A stretch of 64,000 bases of DNA from an uncultured Candidatus Rokubacteria bacterium (GTDB taxonomy: Bacteria; Methylomirabilota; Methylomirabilia; Rokubacteriales; CSP1-6). The position numbers were made by a program, and so were the translations under genes. Positions 34,618 through 45,914 of this stretch are shown piece after piece. The stretch lies in the NCBI GenBank assembly GCA_963789955.1, contig CAWBMV010000012.1:384001-448000 (forward strand). Direction: 5' to 3'. Under the pieces are notes generated by a model that searched no databases, was not told the DNA's origin, and was given only the letters and a program-made list of their open reading frames with translations. How positions within the stretch are numbered: the first letter of the stretch is position 1; each line of letters opens with the position of its first letter.

Positions 34618-35183
34618 TCGCGTTCACGGCATCCGTGCTGGCGTTGCTTCTGGCCGGCCCGTCGGCGGCCGGCGCCGCGTCGTTCACCCTCGAGCCTCAG
34701 CAGCGAACCGACGCGCTCAAGGTGGGTGCCGAGTCGATCACCCGCGATTCGTTCGACACGGAGTGGCGCGTGACGAACCAGTCGGGTGAGACCCTCATGG
34801 TCATCACGCCCTTCCATCGGCTCGTGCTCGCGGCTCGCAACGCGGCGTTCAAGAATGAGCGCATGAAGGACAGCGAGCCCGAGAAGCTCCTGCGCGAGCA
34901 GCAGGATCGCCTGGTGATCTGGGCCAATCTCCATGGGCGGCGCGAAGACTTCGCGCGGTTCTACGCCCCGCGGATTCTCCTGAACGATCGAGAGATCGAG
35001 CCGACCTTCGTCCAGAACGAGCGCACCGCGCTCCGAACGGAGGGCGGCGGTTATCTGGCGCGCTGCGTCTACGGGTTCCCCGTCAAGGAGCTCTCGCCGA
35101 AGGGGCGCCTGGTGCTGGTCGTCCGCGACCCCGACGGTAAAGACGTCACCCGCTTCACGATCGATCTCGCGTCCATGCGTTGA
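34614..35183 (+). CDS. Hypothetical exported protein
   Basis: Signal-peptide-like N-terminus; overlaps the upstream stop. Confidence 0.7.
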   Translation: MIAFTASVLALLLAGPSAAGAASFTLEPQQRTDALKVGAESITRDSFDTEWRVTNQSGETLMVITPFHRLVLAARNAAFKNERMKDSEPEKLLREQQDRLVIWANLHGRREDFARFYAPRILLNDREIEPTFVQNERTALRTEGGGYLARCVYGFPVKELSPKGRLVLVVRDPDGKDVTRFTIDLASMR

Positions 35184-35257
35184 GGGCCGCGCCGCCACGG
35201 CCCTTCCCGCGCGCTCTCACGCCGTTGCAGTTCGCCGCGTAGGTACGCTGCAGAGAT

Positions 35258-36110
35258 ATGCGGACGTATGGATGGGCCGGGCTCGGCGTCATCGGGGTTG
35301 CCGAAGCGCTGCTCTTCGCTGGCGAGCCGACGGTGGCCGGCTGGTTCACGCCGATCGTGTGGACCGGCTATGTCCTGTTCATCGATGCCCTGACGGCGCG
35401 GTTCACCGGACGCTCGTACCTCACGACCGACCGGGTCGAGGGGATTCTGGTCGCGCTCGCCTCGATCGTCTGCTGGTGGCTCTTCGAGCTCTACAACGCG
35501 CCGCGCTTCTGGCGGGGCGGAGCCGAGGTCGCAGGGGCTCTGGTGGCGCTATCACGGCCTCGAGCCGAATCTCTTCCTGCGGCGGGTGGGCTACGACTGG
35601 TCCTTCGCGACGATCTTCCCCGCGATGTTCCTCACGGCGGCCGTTCTGCGAGCCACGGTCTTCCGCCGCGCTCGGCTTCGCGCCTGGCGTCCCTCGTCGC
35701 GAGGCCTCAGCGTCGCGATCGCCGTGGGGGCAGTCAGCGTCGTCTTGCCGCTCGTCGTCGTCTCGACCTGGCTCGTGCCCCTCGTCTGGGCCGGCTGGGT
35801 GCTCCTCCTCGAGCCGCTGAACTACCGGCACGGCCGTCCGTCGTGGCTGGCCGACCTCGCCCGGGGCGACGCGTCACGGCTCCTCGGACTCCTGGCGAGC
35901 GGCGCGATCTGCGGCGTGCTGTGGGAGTTCTGGAACTACTGGGCCGCCACCAGGTGGACCTACGCGGTGCCCTACCTCGGCGGCATCAAGGTTTTCGAAA
36001 TGCCCGTGCTCGGTTATCTCGGTTTTCCTCCGTTCGCCCTCGAGGCCTTCGCGATGTACCACTGGCTCCGCGGGCTCCTCGACCGGAGGCTGCCGGACCC
36101 GGTGCTATAA
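35258..36110 (+). CDS. Hypothetical integral membrane protein (apparent frameshift near 35530)
   Basis: Hydrophobic, Trp-rich; WWLFELYN and LWEFWNY halves. Confidence 0.7.
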
Positions 36111-36153
36111 TTCCGGCCGCATCGATCCGTCATCCCGCTGGAAGGGAGTTTTC

Positions 36154-37122
36154 ATGAAAGCGATTCGAGTCAACGCCCCCGGCGGTCCCGAGGTCCTGCA
36201 CTACGAAGACGTGGCGGATCCCACGCCGAAGGCCGGCGAGGCCACGGTGAAAGTGGACGCCGCCGGCCTCAACTACATCGACGTGTACCAGCGCTCCGGC
36301 CAGTACAAGCTCAACCTGCCGCTGACACTCGGCCTCGAAGCCGGAGGTACGGTGACGGCGGTCGGTCCGAACGTGACCGAGGTGAAGGTCGGTGACAAGG
36401 TCGCCTACACCGGTGTCGCCGGGGCGTATGCGCAGTACGCGGCGGTCCCGGCCGCACGTCTGGTGACCCTGCCGGCCGGACTCAGCACGCGGCAGGGAGC
36501 CGCGGCGATGCTGCAAGGCCTGACCGCGCACTATCTCGCCTGCTCGACCTACCCGCTGAAGAGCGGCGACACCTGCCTCGTCCATGCCGCGGCCGGTGGC
36601 GTCGGGCTGCTGCTATGCCAGATCGCGAAGATGCGGGGGGCGCGGGTCATCGGCACCGTGTCCACCGAGGAAAAAGCCAAGCTTGCCCGCGAAGCTGGGG
36701 CGTCGGACGTGATTCTCTACACGAAGCAGGATTTCGAGGCCGAAGTGAAGCGGCTGACGGACGGTAAGGGGCTCCAGGTCGTCTACGACTCCGTCGGTCA
36801 GACGACGTTCGACAAGGGGTTCAACTGCCTGGCTCCCCGCGGCATGATGGCGCTCTACGGGCAGTCCAGCGGACCAATCGGTCCCTTCGATCTCGGCGTG
36901 CTGAACGCCAAGGGCTCGCTGTTCGTGACGCGGCCGAGCCTGAACCACCACATCATCACGCGCGCCGAGCTGCTCGAGCGCTCGAACGAGCTCCTGGGCT
37001 GGATCCGCGACGGCAAGCTCAAGCTCCGGACCGAGTTCGAGTTCCCGCTGAAAGACGCGGCCGACGCGCACCGGGCTCTCGAGGGGCGGAAGACGACGGG
37101 CAAGGTGCTCCTGATTCCGTGA
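36154..37122 (+). CDS. qor: NADPH:quinone oxidoreductase (zeta-crystallin type)
   Basis: [27 protein letters not shown]. Confidence 0.93.
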   Translation: MKAIRVNAPGGPEVLHYEDVADPTPKAGEATVKVDAAGLNYIDVYQRSGQYKLNLPLTLGLEAGGTVTAVGPNVTEVKVGDKVAYTGVAGAYAQYAAVPAARLVTLPAGLSTRQGAAAMLQGLTAHYLACSTYPLKSGDTCLVHAAAGGVGLLLCQIAKMRGARVIGTVSTEEKAKLAREAGASDVILYTKQDFEAEVKRLTDGKGLQVVYDSVGQTTFDKGFNCLAPRGMMALYGQSSGPIGPFDLGVLNAKGSLFVTRPSLNHHIITRAELLERSNELLGWIRDGKLKLRTEFEFPLKDAADAHRALEGRKTTGKVLLIP

Positions 37123-37163
37123 TTGGCGACCGCGCCGCGCTAAAATAGCCCAGGAGGCTACAC

Positions 37164-38108
37164 ATGCGACCAAGAGCACTCCTGCTCATATTCGGGATAT
37201 CGCTCGTTTCGCTTCTGCTGCTCGATCACGCGGCCGGCTGGGCGCGCGCCACGAGCGGAGGAAGCCGCGGTTCACGTTCGTCTTCGTCACCGGTGGCGCC
37301 GTCGACCCCGTCGAGCCCGTCACGCACGATGGCTCCTGCGCCCGCCCCGTCCCAGCCGATGCAGCCGGCGCCGCAGCGGCCGGGTATGTTCGGCGGCTTC
37401 ATGGGAGGGCTCGCCGGGTTCGCCGTGGGCGGGCTCATCGGCTCCATGCTGTTCGGCGGTATGGGTGGTGGGGGGTTCGGCGGTGGCGTCGGACTTCTCG
37501 AGCTGCTGCTGATCGGCGGCGCGATCTTTTTCGTCTTCCGCATGCTTCGCAGCCGCAGCGAAACACCGGCGTATGCCGGCGCCGGCGCGTACGGCTCCGA
37601 GCTCACAGGGCTGGTCGACCGGCGGGGGCGGTACCGTGATGGAAACGCCTGCCGGGCGAGTCGGATCTCGATCGCGGTATCGGGCCATATTCGCTCGATG
37701 GACGCGAGCTTCGACCCGGCGGCCTTCGCCGAGTGGGCGAAGGGCACGTTCGTCGACGTCCAGGCCGGGATCGCCAAGCGTGACCTGAGTGGCGTGCGCG
37801 ATCGGCTCACGCCGCAAGAGTTCGCGCGGCTTCTGTCCCAATGCGACGAGCTTCGCGCCGCCGGCCGCACGAATCGGATCGAGCGCATCCAGATCGGACG
37901 CGCCGACGTGAGCGAGGCCTGGCAGGAGAGCGGCCAGGACTGGGTCACGTTGTCCTTCGCCGTGTCGCTCGTCGACTACACGGTCGACGATGCGACCGGT
38001 GCAGTCGTGGAGGGGGCGACCACGCCGGTGGATATCCAGGAGTACTGGACCTTCACGCGCACGGTCGGCCCGAAGCCCTGGCGGCTGTCGGCCATTCAGA
38101 CCGCGTAG
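37164..38108 (+). CDS. Tim44-domain protein
   Basis: Signal, GSRGSRS, Gly-rich transmembrane region, EAWQE.GQD..T, EYWTFTR..W.LSAIQ; probable compensating indels at 37600-37680. Confidence 0.85.
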   Translation: MRPRALLLIFGISLVSLLLLDHAAGWARATSGGSRGSRSSSSPVAPSTPSSPSRTMAPAPAPSQPMQPAPQRPGMFGGFMGGLAGFAVGGLIGSMLFGGMGGGGFGGGVGLLELLLIGGAIFFVFRMLRSRSETPAYAGAGAYGSELTGLVDRRGRYRDGNACRASRISIAVSGHIRSMDASFDPAAFAEWAKGTFVDVQAGIAKRDLSGVRDRLTPQEFARLLSQCDELRAAGRTNRIERIQIGRADVSEAWQESGQDWVTLSFAVSLVDYTVDDATGAVVEGATTPVDIQEYWTFTRTVGPKPWRLSAIQTA

Positions 38109-38127
38109 CCGCAGCAGGGGGTGCGCG

Positions 38128-39761
38128 TTGAAGCGCGCCCTGAAGTGGCTCGGTATCCTCGTCGCGGCGATCGTCGTACTGACGATCGTCGCGGCGCTTG
38201 CGCTCCCGCGTCTCATCGACACGCCGCGCGTCCAGGCGATGATCGCCAACGGCGCGGCGCAGGCTGTCGGGCGGCCCGTGAAGTTCGAGTCGCTCTCCGT
38301 CTCGATATTTCCGCTGCCGTCGATCGAGCTCCACAAGCTCGAGGTCGCCGAGGATCCGCAGTTCGGCACGGCGCCGTTCCTGACGCTCGAGACGGGCCGG
38401 GTCTATCTCAAGCTGCGTCCGCTGCTGACCGGCCGCGTCGAGTTCGGCGACGTCACCCTCGAACGGCCGCGCATCGCGCTCATCCAGAACGCCGAGGGGC
38501 GTCTGAACGTCGCCAGCCTCGCGCCCCCCAGCGAGTCCAAGACTGCGGCGAAGCCCGGACGCCCGAGCGGCGGCGCCAGCCGGCGGCGCGGCCGCGGCGG
38601 TCGTCTCGCGCCTGAAGATCAACAAGGGCATCATCACGTACGTCGCGCACGGGAAGGGACCGGCCGAGACGCCGTATCGCGTCGAGGATCTCGACGTCGG
38701 CGTGGTCGGCCAGGGCACGCAGCTCGCCTTCAAAGGGCGCGCTGGTGGTGAAGCCGGGCGACCTCACCGTCAAGCTCGCCGACGGAATCGTCGCGATGAA
38801 CGGCGCCAAGACGCTCGTCGAGGCGCCGGTCCGCGCCAAGATCGGCATCGAGGCCAAGGACATCGAGAAGCTCGTGGCCGCCGCGGCGGGGCCGCGCCCG
38901 ATGATCGCCGGTCCGATCAAGGGCGACTTCTCGCTCGGCGGAACGCTCGGCGTGCCACGGATCTCCGGCAACGTCGAGCTCGCGAGCCTCAAGGTGACGC
39001 AGGCGAATCAGGCCTGTCCGGAGCCGAAGCAGCGCACGCTCGCACTGGGTCCCCTGAAGATGAGCGGGGCCTCCTGGGACGGCGGACGATTTCAGAGCCG
39101 GCCCGTCACGACGTCGATCGGCAACGGCGCGATCAGTACGAATCTGACGTTGACGCTCGAGCACGGCGCCCGCGTGCAGCTGAGCGACCTGGCCATCAAG
39201 TCGGTGCCCTCCGAGAAGGTGCTGGTCGACTTCCTCTGCGAGGGCTACGCCGTCTCCGGACCGCTCGACCTCACCGGCGCGCTCTCGACGAACACGTCCA
39301 ATCTCTTGAGCACGCTCGACGGCAGCGGCCATCTCCGGATCGGCCCGGGCAAGGTGGTGGGCCCGCAGGCGCTGGCACTCGTCGGCGTGGTCATGCAGGT
39401 GGCCGGCGCGGCGTCGTCGGTGCTCGCCGCCGATGTCCCCAAGGGGCTGAGGTCGAACCCCGTCGATTTCGAGTCGATCACCGGGAACTACCAGATCACG
39501 AACGGCGTGCTGAGCACGAAGGACCTCCTCTATACGACCAAGACCCTCAAGGTCGGGGTCGCGGGAGACTACGGCCTTCCGACCGGCCGCATGAACCTCG
39601 ATCTGCGAATCGATCACGGACGCGGCGAGATCCGGGCGAAGGTGACCGGGAACGCCGCTTCGCCGTCGGTGCGCATCGATCCGGCGTCCGTCGTCGACGA
39701 GGCCGGGCGACAGAAGATCGAGGGCGGGCTTCAGGATCTCCTGAAACGCTTCGGCCGCTGA
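38128..39761 (+). CDS. AsmA-family protein (apparent frameshifts near 38580 and 38740)
   Basis: N-terminal anchor, GRPV.F..L.VSIFP, PLLTGRV, NG.LST.DL, G...SPSV.ID. Confidence 0.8.
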
Positions 39762-39765
39762 GCGC

Positions 39766-40596
39766 TCAGCGAGTCGCCGTGAAGCGCCCGCCGCCGAGCT
39801 TGCCGGCTTCGATGAGCTCCACGAAGAACGTGTGGAGCTGGTCGTACTCCAGGTACTGCTGACTGCCCAAGCGCGCTTCCCGCTGCGGGCGCAGCGCCCG
39901 GTGTAGCTCGATCCGCCCCCTGACGATCCTGCGCCACTCCGAGGACAGATCCTCCGCCTCGACATTCGTGAAGCCCGAGCGTCCCAGCAGCCCGCGATAG
40001 CTGTCGAGGGTCTGCAAGGTCGTGGCCGCCATCCACTCCCAGAGCCGCTGCCGTTCGCGATCGGCCAGGCTGGGAAAGGCGATCCAGTCGGTGAACGCCA
40101 GCCGACCGTCGCGGACGAGCACGCGGTGGCACTCGGCGAGCACGGCCGGCTTGGCGGCGATGTGCAGGAGCGCTTCCTGACTCACGCAGGCGTCGAACGC
40201 GCCCTGGGCGAAGGGCAATGTCGTCGCGTCAGCCCGGACGACTGTGACGCGCGTCTGCTTGACCATCCGGTTGAGGCGAGCCGCTCCGGCGGCACGGCCC
40301 GCGTGCAGCTCGAGCGCGACGACGGCGGAGCCTCGTCGGCTGGCCAGGAACCGGGCGGGGCCGCCGAGACCCGCGCAGAGGTCGAGGACGCGGCTCGACG
40401 GGCCGACTCCGGCCCGGCGCGCGAGCGTGTCGACGGCGGCCAGCCCGCCGTAGTGGTCCTGGTCGAACTCGAAGAGATCGTCGGCGGTCACCGGGCCGGT
40501 GAGTCCTTGGCCGGCGACCGCCGCGAGCACGCGGGCTTCGCTGATCGGATGCTCGTCGTAGTACTCCCGCACGCGCCCCGGGGTGCCTTGAAGCAT
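39766..40596 (-). CDS. Class I SAM-dependent methyltransferase (sarcosine/dimethylglycine N-methyltransferase-like)
   Basis: DQDHYGG, VLDLCAGLGGPAR, DATTLPF, AFTDW. Confidence 0.85.
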   Translation of the reverse strand: MLQGTPGRVREYYDEHPISEARVLAAVAGQGLTGPVTADDLFEFDQDHYGGLAAVDTLARRAGVGPSSRVLDLCAGLGGPARFLASRRGSAVVALELHAGRAAGAARLNRMVKQTRVTVVRADATTLPFAQGAFDACVSQEALLHIAAKPAVLAECHRVLVRDGRLAFTDWIAFPSLADRERQRLWEWMAATTLQTLDSYRGLLGRSGFTNVEAEDLSSEWRRIVRGRIELHRALRPQREARLGSQQYLEYDQLHTFFVELIEAGKLGGGRFTATR

Positions 40597-40655
40597 GGCC
40601 GGGGGTATGGTAAAAGCAAACCGGTTTCATCACACCTTTCGGCGAGGGAAGACCA

Positions 40656-41786
40656 ATGGGTACCGGGGGTCGCGGCGGACTCGAAGACATCGTCGTATCG
40701 ACGTCGGACATCTGTTTCATCGACGGGAAGGAAGGCCGTCTCGTCTATCGAGGCTACGACGTCAATGACCTCGTCGAGCATTCCTCCTTCGAGGAAGTGA
40801 TCTTCCTCCTGTGGCACGGCGGGCTCCCGAGCAAGAAGGAGCTGGTCGCCCACGTCAAGGCGCTCAACTCGACCGCGAACCGAAAGCTGCCGCCGGGGAT
40901 CGTGTCGCTCCTGAAGGCGCTGCCGAAGAAGACCACGCCGATGGAGGTCCTGCGTACCGGAGTGTCGGCGCTCTCGGCGTACGACCCGGACGCTGCCGAC
41001 AACTCCAAGGACGCCACGGCCCGTAAGGCTCTGCGGCTGACGGCCCAGATGCCGACCCTGGTGGCCGCATGGGAGCGAATCCGCAAAGGCAAGGCGCCCG
41101 TGGCGCCGAACCCGAAGCTGAGTCTGGCCGCGAACTTCCTCTACATGCTGACCGGCAAGAAGGCGACCCCGCTCGCCGTGAAGACGTTCGACGTCGCCCT
41201 GATCCTCCATGCCGATCACGAGTTCAACGCCTCGACCTTCGCCGCGCGCGTGACCGCCGCGACGATGTCGGACCTGCACTCGTCGATCGTCTCGGCGATC
41301 GGCGCCCTGAAGGGGCCGCTCCACGGCGGCGCCAACGAGCAGGTGATGCTGATGGTCCAGAAGATCAAGACGCCGGCAAACGCCGACGCCTGGATCCGCA
41401 AGACCCTCGCCGACCACGGGCGCGTCATGGGCTTCGGCCACCGCGTCTACCGGGTCGAGGACCCGCGGGCCAAGCATCTGCACCGTCTGGCGCAGGAGCT
41501 GGGCAAGCAAGCCGGCGACACGAGCGCGGTGCAGATCCTGGACACGGTCGTGCGTGTCGTGGGCGAGCAGAAGAAGATCTTCCCGAATGTCGATCTGTAC
41601 TCGGGCGCGGCCTACTCCTCGATGGGCATCGCCACCGACCAGTTCACGCCGATTTTCGCGATGAGCCGGATCGTCGGCTGGGCGGCGCACGTCATGGAGC
41701 AGCACGCCAACAACCGCTTGATCCGGCCGCGCGCGGAGTACACGGGCCCCACGCACGCCACGTACGTCCCGATCGACAAGCGTTAG
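40656..41786 (+). CDS. Citrate synthase (dimeric type; 2-methylcitrate synthase not excluded)
   Basis: LHADHEFNASTF, GPLHGGAN, MGFGHRVY, PNVDLYS, LIRPR. Confidence 0.93.
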   Translation: MGTGGRGGLEDIVVSTSDICFIDGKEGRLVYRGYDVNDLVEHSSFEEVIFLLWHGGLPSKKELVAHVKALNSTANRKLPPGIVSLLKALPKKTTPMEVLRTGVSALSAYDPDAADNSKDATARKALRLTAQMPTLVAAWERIRKGKAPVAPNPKLSLAANFLYMLTGKKATPLAVKTFDVALILHADHEFNASTFAARVTAATMSDLHSSIVSAIGALKGPLHGGANEQVMLMVQKIKTPANADAWIRKTLADHGRVMGFGHRVYRVEDPRAKHLHRLAQELGKQAGDTSAVQILDTVVRVVGEQKKIFPNVDLYSGAAYSSMGIATDQFTPIFAMSRIVGWAAHVMEQHANNRLIRPRAEYTGPTHATYVPIDKR

Positions 41787-41795
41787 CCCTGGGCT

Positions 41796-42598
41796 GTGCG
41801 CGCAGCACCGCGCGTCAGCCTCGTGATGGCCGTGTTCAACGGGCTCGCGCACACGCGGGCCTGCCTCGAGAGCTTGCGCGCGACCACCGAGCCGTTTCAC
41901 CTGGTCGTCGCGGACAACGGCTCGACTGACGGCACGCGGGACCTCCTCGAGCGCTTCCCGTATCCGTATCCGCTGACCGTCACGCGGAGCGAGTCCAACG
42001 GCAACGTGATCGCGGCACTCAACCGCGCCTGGCGTCTGACCGACACCGAGTTCGTCTGCCTGATCCACAACGACACCGAGATGGTCGACCCGGCATGGCT
42101 CTCGCGCTGCTCGCCGCGCTCGCCGAGCCCGGCGCCGGCCTCGCGGGCCTCTACGGTGCCAAGCGGCTGCGAGCCAGTGGTCGTCTCGTGGGGCGCACCG
42201 TCGTGCACAGCCTGCTCCCGAGCCCGACGGTCAGAGCGCCGTGGGAAGACGTGGCCTTCGTCGACGCGGTGTGTCTGTGCATCTCGCGCCGGCTGCTCGA
42301 CTCGATCGGCGGCCTCGACGAGGGCTACGGGTTCTATCACGGCATCGACCGCGATCTGTCGCTGGCGGTCGCCGATCGCGGCCGGCGATGCCTGATCGTT
42401 CACGCCCCGTTCTGGCACCACGGCGGCAAGACGCGCACGCGCGGATTCGACGAGGATCCCGAGCTCGAGCGGGGCGACCGCGTCCGCCGCGACTCCGCCC
42501 TGGCGCGCTTCACCGAGAAATTCCGCCATCGGCTGCCCTGTGACGTCCGCGGGCGGCGCGAGCGGGTGCGCGACTGGCTGAGGACGCGGCTGGCGTGA
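41796..42598 (+). CDS. Glycosyltransferase family 2 (apparent frameshift near 42105)
   Basis: VSLVMAVFN, DNGSTDGT, HNDT, GGLDE..DRDLS. Confidence 0.85.
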
Positions 42599-43758
42599 GC
42601 GCCTTGCGGATCGGCATCGTCGGCGCGCGGTTCGCCGCCGAGCTGCACGCGACGAACTACCGGCCGCTTCTCGGCCCGCGCGTCGAGCTGGCGGCCGTCT
42701 GCTCCCGGACGCGCGGCCAGGCCGAAGACTTCGCGCGGCGTCATGCGATCCCGCGTGTCTTCACCGACTATCGGGCGCTCGTCGAATCGCCCGACGTGGA
42801 CGTGGTGGATATCTGCGCGACGACGGACAGCCACCACGAGATCGCGGTCGCCGCGGCACGGGCCGGCAAGCACGTCATCGTGGAGAAGCCGCTCACCGGC
42901 GCCTTCTGCGAGGCCACCGAGCCACGGGAAGCCATGCTGGCCACCGCGCTCACGAACGCCGACCTGGTGCTCGAGGCGGTCGCGAAGGCCGGCGTGATTC
43001 TCTGCTATGCGGAGGACTTCGTGTACGCCCCGCCGGTGGCCAAGATGAAGCGCCTGCTCGAGGCGAGCGGCGGCGCGATCCTGGAGCTGCGGGCCGAGGA
43101 GAGCCATTCCGGCTCGCACGCCGCGTACGCGAGCCGCTGGAAGAGCGCCGGCGGCGGCGCTCTTTTGCGAATGGGCTCACACCCGATCGGCGCCGTGATC
43201 CACCTCAAGCACTGGGAGGGCCTGCGAGGTCGCGGCCGCCCCATCAGGACGCGGGCGGTCTTCGCCGAGGTGGCCAACCTCACACGGCTCCCGTCCGTCG
43301 CGGGGCTCAAGCGCTACATGTCGACCCGGGCCGTCGACGTCGAGGACTGGTCGGTCGCCGTGCTCACGTTCGAGGACGGCACGATGGCGACGATTCATTC
43401 GAACGACATCACGCTGGGCGGCGTGCGCAACGTGGTGACCGCGTACGTGACGAACGCGGTGATCCAGGCGAACATCAACCCGAACAACACGCTGACCGTC
43501 TACGCCCCCGATGCCGCCGTCTGGGGCGACGAGTACCTCACCGAGAAGGTCGAGACCAAGGCGGGCTGGCAGTTTCCGAGCCCGGAAGAGGACTGGATGC
43601 GCGGATACCCTCAGGAACTGGAAGACTTCGTCGGCGCGATCAGCGAGCGGCGCGAGCCGCTGTCGGGCGGGCTCCTGGCCCGCGAGGTGGTCGAGGTGAT
43701 CTACGCGGGGTACGTCTCGGCGGCGACCGGCCGCCGCGTGGAGCTGCCGCGACCATGA
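42595..43758 (+). CDS. Gfo/Idh/MocA family oxidoreductase
   Basis: IGIVGA, GKHVIVEKP, GGGALL..GSH, VEDW. Confidence 0.9.
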   Translation: MSALRIGIVGARFAAELHATNYRPLLGPRVELAAVCSRTRGQAEDFARRHAIPRVFTDYRALVESPDVDVVDICATTDSHHEIAVAAARAGKHVIVEKPLTGAFCEATEPREAMLATALTNADLVLEAVAKAGVILCYAEDFVYAPPVAKMKRLLEASGGAILELRAEESHSGSHAAYASRWKSAGGGALLRMGSHPIGAVIHLKHWEGLRGRGRPIRTRAVFAEVANLTRLPSVAGLKRYMSTRAVDVEDWSVAVLTFEDGTMATIHSNDITLGGVRNVVTAYVTNAVIQANINPNNTLTVYAPDAAVWGDEYLTEKVETKAGWQFPSPEEDWMRGYPQELEDFVGAISERREPLSGGLLAREVVEVIYAGYVSAATGRRVELPRP

Positions 43759-44612
43759 TCCCCTTCGCGAAGGGCCACGGGCTCGGCAACGACTACATCG
43801 TGATGGAGGAGAAGGATCTCAAGGCTCCGCTTTCCCAGAAGGCGATCGAGCGGATCTGCGATCGGAACTGGGGCGTGGGCTCGGACGGCATCCTGCTGCT
43901 CGTCCCCAGCCAGCGCGCCGATTTCGGGCTGCGCATCTTCAATCCCGACGGCAGCGAGGCGGAGAAGTCGGGGAACGGGCTCCGGATCTTCGCGAAGTAT
44001 CTCTGGGAGCGCGGCCGTCCGAAGAAGCCGACCTTCACGGTCGACACGAAGGGCGGCATCGTCGAGTGCCAGTGCCGGGTCGAGGGCGGGCGCATGGGCT
44101 TCGTCACGGTCGAGATGGGGCGAGCGACCTTCCGAGCGCCGGAGATTCCGATGAACGGCCCGGATCGCGACGTCGTCGCGGTCCCGCTTCAGCTCGGCGA
44201 CGGCACCACCGTGTCCGTCACCGCGGTCTCGGTCGGCAATCCTCACTGCGTCACGTTCGTCGAGCGCCTCGACGAGGCAGACTGCCGGCGACTCGGGCCC
44301 CTCATCGAGAACCATCCGTCGTTTCCCAACCGGACCAACGTGCAGTTCGCGCGCGTGGTCTCGCGCGAAACGCTGGAGATCCTCATCTGGGAGCGGGGGG
44401 CCGGCTACACCCTGGCGTCGGGCACATCGTCGTGCGGCGCGGCCTCCGCGGCCGTCAGGAACGGGCTCTGCGCTCACGGACGGGTGCAAGTCCGCATGCC
44501 CGGCGGCGAGCTGACGATCGAGGTCCGGCCGGACTGGTCGCTTCGCCTGGATGGTCCCGTCGAGGAGGTGTACCAGGGCGCTCTGTCCGCGGAATTCGCG
44601 GCGTCACTATGA
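43755..44612 (+). CDS. dapF: Diaminopimelate epimerase
   Basis: KGHGLGND, NPDGSEAEKSGNG, GNPHCV, WERGAG.TLASGT; both catalytic positions read Ser rather than Cys. Confidence 0.88.
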   Translation: MIPFAKGHGLGNDYIVMEEKDLKAPLSQKAIERICDRNWGVGSDGILLLVPSQRADFGLRIFNPDGSEAEKSGNGLRIFAKYLWERGRPKKPTFTVDTKGGIVECQCRVEGGRMGFVTVEMGRATFRAPEIPMNGPDRDVVAVPLQLGDGTTVSVTAVSVGNPHCVTFVERLDEADCRRLGPLIENHPSFPNRTNVQFARVVSRETLEILIWERGAGYTLASGTSSCGAASAAVRNGLCAHGRVQVRMPGGELTIEVRPDWSLRLDGPVEEVYQGALSAEFAASL

Positions 44613-45172
44613 AGCGGATCTGCGTCTTCTGCGGCGCGGCGGAGGGGGCGCGGCCGGCCTACGCCGAAGCGGCGCGCCGCTTCGGGGCCGAGCTGGTGTC
44701 GAGGGGCCTCGGTCTCGTGTATGGCGGGTGCGCGATCGGGATGATGGGCATCCTCGCCGACACGGTGCTGGCTCGCGGCGGCGAGGTGATCGGTGTCATT
44801 CCTCAGCGGCTCGCGTCCCGCGAGCTGGCCCACACGGGTTTGACCGAGCTGCGCGTGGTCGACTCGATGCACGAGCGCAAGGCGACGATGGCCTCGCTCG
44901 TCGACGGGTTCGCCGTGCTGCCGGGCGGGCTGGGCACCCTGGACGAGACGTTCGAGGCGCTGACCTGGTCCCAGCTCGGCATTCACGGCAAGCCGGTTGG
45001 CGCCCTCAATGTCGAGGGCTACTGGGACGGCCTCCGCGGGTTGATCGAGCACGCCGTGCGCGAGGGCTTCGTGAGCCCGCGGTACGCCGGGCTCTTGCTC
45101 TTCGCCGACACGCCGGCCGCGCTGCTCGACGGCTTCGCGGCCTGGAGAGCGCCGGAAGTGCTGCGCGCCTGA
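44609..45172 (+). CDS. LOG family protein (TIGR00730-like)
   Basis: ICVFCG, MHERK, PGGLGTLDE. Confidence 0.93.
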   Translation: MKRICVFCGAAEGARPAYAEAARRFGAELVSRGLGLVYGGCAIGMMGILADTVLARGGEVIGVIPQRLASRELAHTGLTELRVVDSMHERKATMASLVDGFAVLPGGLGTLDETFEALTWSQLGIHGKPVGALNVEGYWDGLRGLIEHAVREGFVSPRYAGLLLFADTPAALLDGFAAWRAPEVLRA

Positions 45173-45173
45173 C

Positions 45174-45914
45174 TCACGCGCGCCGAGCCCGGCCGCGCGG
45201 CCGACTGGGCGCGAGCTTTGCCAATGCCGGCATCTCCTCGAGCTGCTCTGCCGAGAGCTCCTTCCAGAAGATCGCCGCCGGCTTCTTGCGCTGCCGCCGA
45301 ACCCGGATCACACGGTCCGGGGTGACGACGAGGTCGAGCGGCACGTCGTGGGCGGTCATCGGGATCGGGTCGTCGATGACCTGGAGCTCGTGCACGGTGG
45401 AGACCACCGGAGTGTCGTCGTCGACGAGTCCGAGCGAGTGTGCCAGGGCGTATTCCAAATCACTGTAGCCGCCGCCCTTGCCGAGCCGCGCGCCGGTCCG
45501 ATTGACGGCGACGCTGCCGGCCACGACGAGATCGATCCGGCCGATCTGCCCGGGCAACACCGGGACGCCAAAGGTCGAGGCCCCCTTGATCGTGGCGGCC
45601 TGCGTCAGCTTCCCTCCGAGTGCACGCGGGTCCAGCCGCAGGAAGCATCGCTCGGCGCGCAGGCGCGGCACCGCCATGACAACGGTCTTGCCCTCGCGCA
45701 GGGCCGCCAACCTGACGGCCCGCTGGGGAGCATCCGGATTGCACTTGATTCGGCGCGCCGCCTTCCACTCCGGTAGCTCGGTCAACCGCTGCGCCGCCAC
45801 CTCGGCGCCTGCGAAATTCGGGATGCGATCGTGCAGAGGCAAGGGAAAGCGGCCGACCCGACGCTCGGTCAGGAGCGCCCAGATCCGGTCGCGGATCTCC
45901 TGCTTGTCGTTCAG
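45174..45914 (-). CDS. 5-formyltetrahydrofolate cyclo-ligase-like protein (MTHFSD/COG0212 type); start codon uncertain
   Basis: KQEIRDRIW, RIPNF.GA, KCNPDAPQ, RLGKGGGYSDLE, HDVPLD. Confidence 0.88.
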   Translation of the reverse strand: MNDKQEIRDRIWALLTERRVGRFPLPLHDRIPNFAGAEVAAQRLTELPEWKAARRIKCNPDAPQRAVRLAALREGKTVVMAVPRLRAERCFLRLDPRALGGKLTQAATIKGASTFGVPVLPGQIGRIDLVVAGSVAVNRTGARLGKGGGYSDLEYALAHSLGLVDDDTPVVSTVHELQVIDDPIPMTAHDVPLDLVVTPDRVIRVRRQRKKPAAIFWKELSAEQLEEMPALAKLAPSRPRGRARRA

